A stretch of 64,000 bases of DNA, taken from assembly GCF_000150275.1 (NCBI RefSeq), contig NW_002060965.1, forward strand, positions 558,001 through 622,000, written 5' to 3'. Every line of letters begins with the position of its first letter. The first letter of the stretch is position 1. The notes below the pieces were generated by a model. It saw nothing but the letters and a program-made list of their open reading frames with translations. It was not told the origin of the DNA and did no database searches. Origin of the DNA: Trichoplax adhaerens. Taxonomy: Eukaryota; Animalia; Placozoa. A program made the position numbers and the translations under genes. Below are positions 53,393 to 64,000 of this stretch, piece after piece.

Positions 53393-56300
53393 GATAGCTA
53401 ATTGGACGAATTAAAATTTACGATTTTGCCGATTTATTGGCTTATACTTGCGCCGGCTAAGTGCGAGTTATAGCTACAACGCCATGGATATATGTACCCG
53501 TATAGTAGTTTGATTAGTGGTTTGTCTAGTTAAAACTTAAATTATTCGTAACGATTATCAAGGAATAACAGAACCCGGGAATGGAATCCGGAAATCGGAT
53601 ACAGTATAATACCAGATCAGCTTAACACTATTTCAGTAATAAATAATTTAATCATCTCCTTAACCAAGTCAAAGTCTATCTTTTGAAAATTTTCGATACA
53701 AAGTTATGATTAACCCTTTGTTTCATGCAGCTCGAATGATATACGACATTTATAATTGGGAATTCCTAAGCAGTATTGTTCGATTATAGTGTTGCTATGC
53801 AGAGTATTAAATAGTGAAACCCTTATTTCCGTTGAGCAATCAATCATTGAATAGTAGTTCACGTTTTTGAAGAATTCACGAAAAATTTGAAGTACAGAAA
53901 TTATTTCGTTGTATTAAAATTAATAACTAATAAATGGATCGTATGACAATCACTTCAAAATAGAAATACCTTAACATAGAATTTCACATTAAAATTGATT
54001 ACATTCCAGGTGCTCGTTGAATAATTTTTATGAGCTATAAAAGCATGCTAGAAGTAAGCATTTTATATTATATTTGATCAGGGGTAATTTTATAATTTAT
54101 TAACTTACTTGGAAGAAAGGACTGGGTAAAATATCCGATGGCATTGCAATTAAATTTATTCTAGATCGTACAATTACAATCAGACAAGCAGCTTGTATCT
54201 ATTCTCATGGATTGAAATCGTATTGAAGATAAACAACTAATATCATAGGTTAAAAATTATTCTCCACATAAAGATCCGATGGAAGGCAAATTACACTGTA
54301 GGGATTCATGTTACCTATTTCCTAATTCTATGATTTAAGACCACAAAGAGGTGTTTTAAGTCAAGTTAATATTCGATTCAGGCTGGTATAGTCTGTATAA
54401 TTATTATAATAGAAATATCTTCAATTAATTCAGATCGCTGTTTACGATCCAATGACTTCAGTGTCATACCATTTATTAAAAAGCGATAGGAATACAAACA
54501 CACAATCATGTTTGAATTGATTTCTAAATCATATAATCAATTACAGCTAATTACTCAAGTAAACTTAGGCTATTTTGGGAGTAATGACTGTAGGATTTTG
54601 TAACGATAACATTTTAGAATGATAAATATCGATAGGAAAGAAAAATATACGGAAGGAAGTTGTCAAACAGCTGTGTGATGAGTATCGAGAAATAAGATCA
54701 ACATTGAATTTTTTTAGTTTTGATATTCTGAATCAAATCGATAGGCAAAGTATACAATATGATACGAAGGGTGTCTAATCGAATGGATATTGAAAAACAA
54801 ATTATTTAAATGGAAGAGAGATGATCTGATTAAAAGTGATTATCCCGATAGAATTACTAGGAAAGATTGTCCATTCAATGTAAATAAAAGAACAAGAGTC
54901 GCAATTTTTGATTTTGCATTTATCCAACGTCAGCCTATAGAAATGGATTGAAATCACGTCGCCATTGGCCTATTGCAAGTTACTCTATTCTATCCAAACG
55001 TATTGAAAAAGGGAAAGAACTGTATTGAGAAGACATCAAAATGAAAATTTAAAATAACGAAGAAAAGAGAGATCCAACAAGGGAGATATTATACAGTAAC
55101 TTGTATCCACTTACGGCAATAAGTCGATATTGTCCAAAAGTGTTTTACTCTTTTCACCAATCCTCTCTCAGCCCTCTAATCAATTATTTAATATCATTAA
55201 CATGATAAATAAAGTTAGACAATAGGATCAACTAGATAATGGCGACCGTTACTTTTGTTAATAAATTCTTCTATAACAATGTTACAGATAGTACTAGCCG
55301 TTAATTGAATTGTATAGCGTCTATTTTCTAATCTCCTCCTCCTAAATCAATCCTTCCTATTCGCCTTCCATGTTATCGTCATAATAGACTTGCAATTAAA
55401 CAATCGTACAGTTATAATTTTAAAAAATATTTTGCCAGTGTCTCCTACCTGTACAAGGGTAATCTATTTTTAACAATATTCATTTATTCGCTTTATGGTC
55501 TAATGGTAGTAGGTCTTGAGTGATGTTGAGTAATTCTCCATAGTCAGACGAGTATTATCGTGAAATTCGTCGTAGAATATTGCAAATCGATTAAACTCTA
55601 ATATTGTTATACCAATTATTTTAAAAGTAGATTGGAAAGTGTCTCTAACTGGTACAACATCAATCTATGTTGAATATTTTTCAATCCGTTCTATATCTGA
55701 TAGTCATTGACACATCTTGGAGAATCCTCCTTAACTACTTTATAAAGATTAGGATTATCGCCTAGCGATTAGGTGGTATACAATACGACCAATCCAATTG
55801 GTTCATCATCATTATAAGGAGAGCTTTATCAGACATTTGGAAAATAGTCTTAACTAAGATCAGGCCAATTCATTTTGAATATTTTCCAATTGATTTCAAG
55901 ATCGTTATAGTCTGTCTTGAATCTAGTGTCGAAAAGTAATTGTGAATTTCCCATTTCAAGTGTACGATTATCTTCAAGATAGATAGAAATTAAGCTGGTT
56001 GACCACTCTTTGAAAAAAATAAGCGGAAGAAAAATTGACAATCCATAATCGAATCATTGAATTTACAATTTTGTATTATTGCTAGCAATCGATAGAAAAG
56101 ATAAAGCATTGAAGATTTGACTGAAAACTTGGTCTTTTGTATGAGTGTCAAGAATTGAATTTCCGTTGCTATAAAATTTTAATAATGTTACTGCAAACTT
56201 AATTTAATTATTCATTCCCCACAATCGAATTTCACATACCTTTATAGTGGGCATCAACTTGATGATATCCAACAAGATTTTAAGCTGTTTTAATGGTATC

Positions 56301-56405
56301 ACGGAAAGATTGATTGCGATTACTTAAAAGTCTTAGGATAGAATTCACCCTTCTCCTTTTTATCTACTTTGATAAAATTTTAATCGATGTTAAAACAATT
56401 AAGTT

Positions 56406-59400
56406 ATGGATGAACTACAACGTAAGGCAATCATTGATCATTGGGATCGATTAGTAGAAGAATTACCTGGTCAGGATATGATTGATTATTTAGTTGCAGA
56501 TCGAATCATCGACCATGAAGAAGCCATTAACATCGATATCTTACCAAACGAAAAAGAGAGAAATATTGAATTAATACAACACCTTTTAGCTTCAAGATCA
56601 ATTCATACATATCCGTTATTTGTTAAAGCATTGAAATCCATTAATGATGTATCATCAAAGTCGTTGCTTGAATTGATTGAAGATCGCCATCATCGGTTAC
56701 AGCAGAAAAAAGAATTGGAATTAAGTAAAAGATCGATGGATCATTTAATTCAAGGTAAGAAGCAATTTTTTATTTAATTTTTTTCTCATTTTTACCAACA
56801 CTCCTTACAAGACTGATCCAAGTGCTAGATGTTGACTTTGATTCATAGAATATATGATATTGATTGAATATAAATGGACGATAAAGTCGAAATTTATGAG
56901 ACGAAGATTAAGAACAATGTACAGTAACTAATTCGATAAACATGATAGGATAAAAAATAGTATTTGTTATCACTTTCCAGTCTATTCATTATCCTCACTC
57001 GTACTTTTATTCTTAAAACTGGATCTTCGAAGGTAATTACTTACTAAGAGAATTTTTGTTTGCGCTAATTTTTATTTTAATTGGGCTATATCATGGTGGT
57101 AAGAAGGTCAATGTTATGCTTTGGGGTCCTTGTGAGATGTATTGAATCATGTTGCACTGGTATCTGAAGGTTTTATTATCCTTGGACACCCTTTCAATTT
57201 ACTTTAAATTACTCTATTTTTAAAAGACAGCTTCTTTTCCTTTCTCCTACTACTCTATCTCACAGTACCATCTATAAAGGGTTCTTTGACTATCACTAAC
57301 ATTATTTCAGTGTATAAACGTTCTTTCCACCATAATTATAGAAATCAATAGTCACGTTATTAAGGAAAATTGTAAGAATAACATTTTACTATTACAATCT
57401 TGCTTCCTTTTCTTGCAAGTATAGGTTGATATTTCCGATCTTTAATCTATTTAAATTAAATTTTTGACAACTTCTATAGACTTGATGTGTGTGACGTAAT
57501 GCTATAATAGAGGCTTTCAATCGATACATTTTTAGACATGTATATTTTAACTGTTTGGATATTACATCACTAATTATTCGATCTGACATTAACTTGAACT
57601 TATTCAAACTCTTTATAGGTACTGTGATTCCGTTTAGTAATTTTCTAGCTAGTTTATTTGTGATAAAGTGTTACAAAAATAGTGTAGATTTCTGAAAAAT
57701 TTTCACCATAATATATAATTTGGTTTGTATACCTAGGGTTATGTACTTGCAGCTTAATTATCTAACAGCCTATAACACTTAGAATATTGGCAATCTAACT
57801 ATTCTAGCATAGTCTCCTTACGCTAATCTTAAAGTATATTAAGGCAGCACTACATTTTTATAGGATCTACTGTAATCTGCTTCTGGTATAGATTAATTCA
57901 TTTCGTTTTCATCTGGAACGCTTCTAACTTATCAATACAAAGTATATATTACTAACTAAAAAGACAATCAAAAATTTCGTTATTCTTTCACCATTTCTGC
58001 AATCGTCAGTCAATCACAATTCTTGATTTACAGTACAACAGTAATAGCGACAGAGTTGCGGATAAAAGGGCGGAAGGAATCTTTAACAGCAATCGCTTAA
58101 AAACTTTAATTTTTCAACGTGCACTCTCATGTAGTTTAATAGTTACAGATTGCGTGAGAAATTTTAATGTCTCCCGGTAGTAAAAATACATTTCAGCATC
58201 GAGTAGGCTGTAATAGCACCATATAATTTATTATTAAGAAAATTAAATTGTAGAGAGAACTACTGTACGTCCAGTAAGAAATTGGACGAACGAACCTAAC
58301 TGCAATGTCAGTTCTAGTAAATATCATGCTATTCAAATTCGGTAGTCTTGTACCGCCTTGATTTTATTCCCTAATCGTTTGATAGATTTATTGATTATCT
58401 TGGAGAAGTTCAAGATATAATATTTGCATTGGGCTTTTTCTACACATTCTAACTACTATATTATTCCATAATCTTGGGCATGGAAGAGAAATTTCAAACA
58501 AAGTTAGACAATGGTAATAACATATCTGCAGTCAGACATGAAAAAAAGTAAAAATCAATCGCTAGATTGAAAGGTGTCATGCACTTGTAATAATTATATC
58601 CTATGGTTCATTCTTGTCTTAATAGGATAGAATTTAATTCCATATAACAGTATTATAAGACGATTCAAACTGAATCGCTGTGTTGATTGGCATTAATGAA
58701 GGCAATACGCCTTAACTCACTTACTCGCACATACTGTGCTATAATGGTGGGATAAATGCGTAGATATCTAACCTTATAGAAAGGTTTATAAAACAGAATC
58801 ATATGATGACTTAAATTGAATGGCTATACTTATCGGTATTAATGCAGGCTATATGCCTCAACTTAACCATATACTGTATTGCAATAGTGATATAAATACG
58901 TAGATATCTAACCTTATGGATATTTTCATCATAGGATGACTTAAATTGAATGGGCATATTGACCGCCATTAATGCAAGCTACACATCTTAACTTACTCAT
59001 ATACTGTGTTATAATGAATTTACTTTATACCTTACTATCCTGTTTTGCAGTACCTTCTTCGGATAAAACTGACCCAGGGGATGAATTGAACTCATTGAAA
59101 TATTTACATTAGCTTATTCTCACCTTTATACCCAGTCACACTGTTTTTTGTACCTTATTTTCGAAATAGCGGTGCTAAGCAATGAGATATTCGAACTCAT
59201 TTTACTATTTGAAATTGATTTATTATCACCTTCACATCCAGCAATCCTGTTTTTATAGCACCTTAATTCCGATAAATCTATGTAATACAGTAAGATAAAC
59301 GCACTTCACCATTTGAAATTGGTTTAATAATTACTACCTTTATGTCTAGCTAGCTTATAGTTATAGTCACTTGTTTTATATAGCATTGGACTAAGTAATG

Positions 59401-62400
59401 GTTAAACTCGCTTCTCTATTTGAAATTGGTTTACTATCACCTTCATATCCAACAATCCTATTTTAGAGCACCTTCATTTCGATAAAGCTGTGCCATGCAA
59501 TGAGCTAAACTCACCTCATCATTTGAAATTAGTTTATTGTCACCTTTACATGCAGGTAGCCTGTGTTTACGTGTACAGCACCCTAGTTTATATAAAAATT
59601 GTGCTAAGCAATGAGTTGTTTGAGCTCTTTTTATTATTTGAAATTGGTTTATTATCACCTTTAGGTCTAGCTAGCCTACATTTTATGGTGTATTATTTTT
59701 ACGTATATAAATTGTACTGAGCAATGAGTCAAACATTTTTAGCTATTTAAAATCAGTTTATTATCACCTTTACGTCTAGCTACTCTGTTTTTATAGCACT
59801 TTAATTTCGATAAAGCTGTGCTAAGCAACGAACTGAACTCGCTTTACTATTTAAAATTGGTTCATTATCACCTTTATGTCCAGCTAGCCTGTATTCATAG
59901 CGTTTTAATTTCGATAAAGTTGTACTACGTAAGGAGCTAAACTTATTATAACATTTGAAACTGGTTATGATCACATTTAATTCTAGCTAGCCTATATTTA
60001 TAGCATCTTATTTTCGATGAAATCTTACTTAGCAATGAGCTAAACTCATTTATTATTGAAATTGGTTTTATTGTCTTCTATAACTCTCGACTTATTACAC
60101 ATTTATGCGATATTGCAAGTTCTATTAATAATTATAAGCGTTGACTAATATTGCCAATTTATATCGTATTAATGTATTGTAGATAGATTAACTGATGGAT
60201 ACTTTGGGTCTATTTTATTAGCTCCTAGTCTAGATAGTGACGATCTTCCTGAATTACCATCTCATCCAGTAGTTCGTGAGAAATTAGCAAAAGATTTAGT
60301 AAAAGCTTTGTTTAGTTTAAGAGACAAGAATGGTTGGATTGTGATTCGTGGCTCAGAGGGTTCTGGCAAGACTGTTGTCGCTAATCTAGCCGTAAGAGAT
60401 GAAAGAACCATAACAGATAACTTCCCAGCAGGGTTTATTTGGTTTAAAATAGGTAATTTTTCATTTTTTCATAGATATAGTGTATTAGTTCTCGTTTTAT
60501 GTCAAATAGAGGTATTTATAGCTCATGGTCAATATTCATGCGTATCTAATTATTTTAAATCAAATAGATACTGTACTTGTAGAAATTCTGACATAAAGCC
60601 AAAGTTATTCGATTATCTTAATTTGCATCATTTCTCGATTAATTATTTCAAGCAGTTTGAGATTTGAAATATCAGCTTGTGCTGTCCATATATTTGTCTA
60701 TGACTAAAGTATGTATAACCCTGGCGGAGTGTCCATAATCTAACTGATTGAGTCAAGGCTAACTTACAACTACTTCAAGTCTAAGAATTGATTAATATCT
60801 AGTGCATGCTTTGTTGATATACTATTAATTAATTAATTATTTGGCATAATTTAATATTTAATCAGCTTGTGTCGTTGGCGTATTCGTCTACACTGAAGTT
60901 TATACGAGCTCTTGTGAAGTGCTTAGGACTTACGTGATTTGAGTTAGTCTATTACTGTAAGCCTACTGATTGATCTGGTGTATAATTTGTTCGTAAAACG
61001 ATTATTTATTCCATCAGTTTATACTATTGACGTGTATCAATGAAGTGTGTAGAAGCTCTTGTAAAGAATTTATGATTTAATTGATTGAGCTAATACATAA
61101 CTACTGCAAGCCAAAGGATTTATTAATATGTAGCATATTACTATTCACAGCAATTAGATGTTTTTGAGATCAGTTGACAGAAATAAACATCATAAATATT
61201 TTATACAGATTGTCGGTATTATAATCGTCAACAATATTCTGTGTTGCCAATATACAAGAGCCTTCTATTCCTTGACTATAGTAGCAGTAAGAAATGGATC
61301 TAAAGATTAAAACTTTTTCTTTCCAGGCTGTACAGATATTAATGAACTCTTAATCAAGGTACAAGAATTTTATTTGATACTCAATCATAATGAAAAACCT
61401 CCACCTAGTACTATTGAAACCGTAATTGAAAGTATACGACTATTAATTGGTAAGTAGACAGTATTGATTGATCGATAAGCTACATATCCTATTGCATGTT
61501 CGGAATTAAGCACGTTATACTAATCTATTTTTTGCCATGTTTTAATTCTCTGACCCTAGCTGATCAATATTATGGCATGTTACTTATATTGGATGATGTG
61601 CGCGACGGAAAAATATTAGAATACTTCGATTTGCCCTGTACGAAATTAGTAACAACAAGAGTATCTGCAATATCATTTCAAACGACTAACTATCGCATCA
61701 ATTTGAGCACAGAGGTAATTTTTAAATCGACTAGAATGATAATGTAAAGTATTAGTATTGCCAAGATAACCTTAAAGATGCAAATAAAACGTCACTTTAT
61801 TTTTAACTCGCTCATAAAAATTACTTGTACGCATGAATTTCTGATCCCCAATATTCATCAAACGTATACACATGTACTCCAATATCTACAGGATGGATAT
61901 ACAAATTCTGAGGCCGAGAAAGCATTTAGTGCTTGGTTTGAAAATGATTTGACCTCTATTACTAGTGATGCAAGCAGTATTACTGAAGAACTGAAATGTG
62001 CTCCTATGGCAATAGCATTAATTGGTGGCAACATCTTGCATGATGATATTCAATTTCAAAATCAGTTTAAAATGAACGGAAGCTCTCTTGAAAATGGTTA
62101 TGCAACGAAATCAGTAAAATCCGCTAAAGTCGAAAAAATAAAATTTGCGTTAGGCAAAGCATTCGATACCGTCGACGTTGAGTTAGCTAGTAAATTACGG
62201 CAATTGGTTACTTTTCAAAAATGTCCAAAGATTCCATTAAATCCATTAAATGTTTTATGGCAACTTAACGATGGACAAGTAGAAAATATTATGAATCAAT
62301 TAGCTAAGCAAAGTTTAGTTTTAATTACAAAAAAACGACGAGATAAGTAAGTAAAAATTCAATTAATTCAAAGGCTAATCCTATAATCAGCGATACCCGT

Positions 62401-64000
62401 ATTCAGTTGGACTAGTTTGTTATTTTACTTTTGGGTGTAGGAATAAAATGAAGAAATTTTCAATTTTCGACCATACAAATGAATGATTTAATATCCTTGA
62501 TTAGTCTTTTGAGGTTCGAATTGTAACTGACTATCTTTAACCTTTTTATTTCTACTTTTAGTCAATTACCAATCTATGAATTACATGATATAGTCATGAA
62601 CTATCTAGTCGAAAAATCAACAAACTTAATGGAAATGCATCAGTCTCTGATTCGCCAGTATGAGGATAAATTCAATGGCGATTGGTTAGCTATCATGGAC
62701 GATGAGTATATGCGCGATCATTTCATCTATCATCTACTACAAGCTAAAGAATATGATAAAGTCATGTCGATTTTAACCAATTTAGAATGTTTGGAAGTAA
62801 AGTTACGAGCTACATTAATATCTAGGGTATTGAACGACTTCCTTCAATGTCGTTCGATATTAAGCAAAGAGGTAAAGATCTGCTTCAGTTTTTTATTAGA
62901 CTGCAGTATTCTATGTTTTGACCACTATTCGTCTTGCTACGAGTACGCGTATATTACTTGTTCTGATAGTATAACATTTTCAAGAGTTATTGAACCGAAC
63001 GATTTAGGCTTTAATGAAAGTTTAAATCTGAATCAGTTAAATAGTTATATTTAGGAACTTTATAAATTGGCATTTTATAATTTTATCACTATATGATATT
63101 CATACTGCTGATAGAAATGGTATTCCATAGTACTTTACTGTAGATATTTATGAATACTGATCTTTCGCCTTATAACAGGAATTAAAGATTTAAAGTTAGA
63201 TCCTTATAAAAGTGATATTCTAGTAATTCAGATCTCTTATTCTGTGTAGAAAGTTTATAAGTCTAAACTTGTCATCATCCTGGACACATGGCTAATTATG
63301 TATAGCAGTAAATTTAAAAACTATGATTGCGTACGATTATAGCTACTAAACTGCAGTTCTGTCATGAAATCCTTCTACGCTAACAAAGTTATAAATAGCA
63401 TTAGGTGTACTTGCTCTATTAATTATAAAATGAAGTTGAAATAGTGGTTTAAATTCATGAATTTTAACCTTTTTTGCTTGTAATTATTTATATTGGTCTA
63501 GAACTGGGAAGCGATCAGTCAATATTACCAATTTGTTATTTGTAACGGTAACATCTACAATATTAATCCTCAGCAAAGTATTATTCAAATGGCCTTGAGT
63601 AAGCTTGGCTGGCCTGATATTTACGATAAAGCGGAAAAATTGGCAAAGAGATATTGCCAGGAATCACTATATTTTAAATGGAGGTAAGATGTTATCAAAA
63701 CCGCCATTAGACAAACTGTTCGTCGTCAATTCTAACAGCTATAGCCTATTTCAAACCACCTGAGTTAACTTGTGGCAATAGCAAGATTAAAAATCAGCAG
63801 CAATCCATCATCCTATTACTTTGATCATTTGTCGTAAATTGCTTATTAATTGGTCCAAGCTGAGCTTTAAAGTTAATACTACAACTTTTTCTCTATTTTT
63901 TAATCGATAGCAACAATCATCAATACGATGTTACCGATCAATCCATTTCATCTACGGAAATCCATAACGATCGAATAACATGTTGCAGATTTTCACATGA
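56406..64000 (+). CDS. APAF1-like protein B (CARD - NB-ARC - HD2 - start of WD40), truncated by the window end
   Basis: CARD MDELQRKAIIDHWDRLVEEL...IDYLVADRII; Walker A GSEGSGKT (60350-60373); LLILDDV; VTTR; CAPMAI; YELHDIV (LHD at 62581-62589); intron positions parallel those of paralog A. Confidence 0.9.
58660..59020. repeat. Degenerate tandem repeat, about 130-145 bp x3, in APAF1-like B intron 1
   Basis: aaa(t/c)tgaat...attaatg...atactgt...cgtagatatctaaccttat recurring at about 58665, 58811 and 58941. Confidence 0.75.
59090..60070. repeat. Degenerate tandem array, about 105 bp x10, in APAF1-like B intron 1
   Basis: tttgaaattggtttattatcacc...tttcgataaag...ctaagcaatgag at about 59209, 59312, 59419, 59522, 59637, 59746, 59850, 59954 and 60055. 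Confidence 0.9.
60668..61130. repeat. Degenerate repeat, about 150-190 bp x3, in APAF1-like B intron 2
   Basis: atcag(c/t)tt...tgattgag...aactact recurring at about 60670, 60861 and 61013. Confidence 0.55.

Noticed and set aside
59090-60070. CRISPR-like appearance of the regularly spaced repeat
   Set aside because: Whole units are homologous with no unique spacers, the repeats are degenerate, the locus is a eukaryotic intron, and there are no cas genes.

Overview
AT-rich eukaryotic genomic DNA with short GT-AG introns. The gene set and compactness point to an early-branching animal; a placozoan such as Trichoplax is my inference only. Genes in order: 3' end of an unknown gene (+), MFSD10 (+), TM2D2 (-), KANSL3 (-), intronless THOC1 (+), an intronless secreted His-brace/LPMO-like + EGF + 2xDOMON protein (-), C10orf88/PAAT-like (-), cofactor-independent phosphoglycerate mutase (+), UBLCP1 (-), and two tandem APAF1-like CARD-NB-ARC-WD40 genes (+), the second running off the window. 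Non-coding DNA carries many local 66-200 bp tandem repeats, a 613-bp near-identical dispersed duplication with insertion-like junctions, and recurrent motifs in divergent promoters. The best candidates for new biology are (1) a putative copper monooxygenase-like domain fused to heme-type DOMON domains on a probable GPI anchor, and (2) an APAF1 paralog pair in which one copy has altered the LHD and GxP motifs. Exon boundaries were read by eye and may be off by a few bases.
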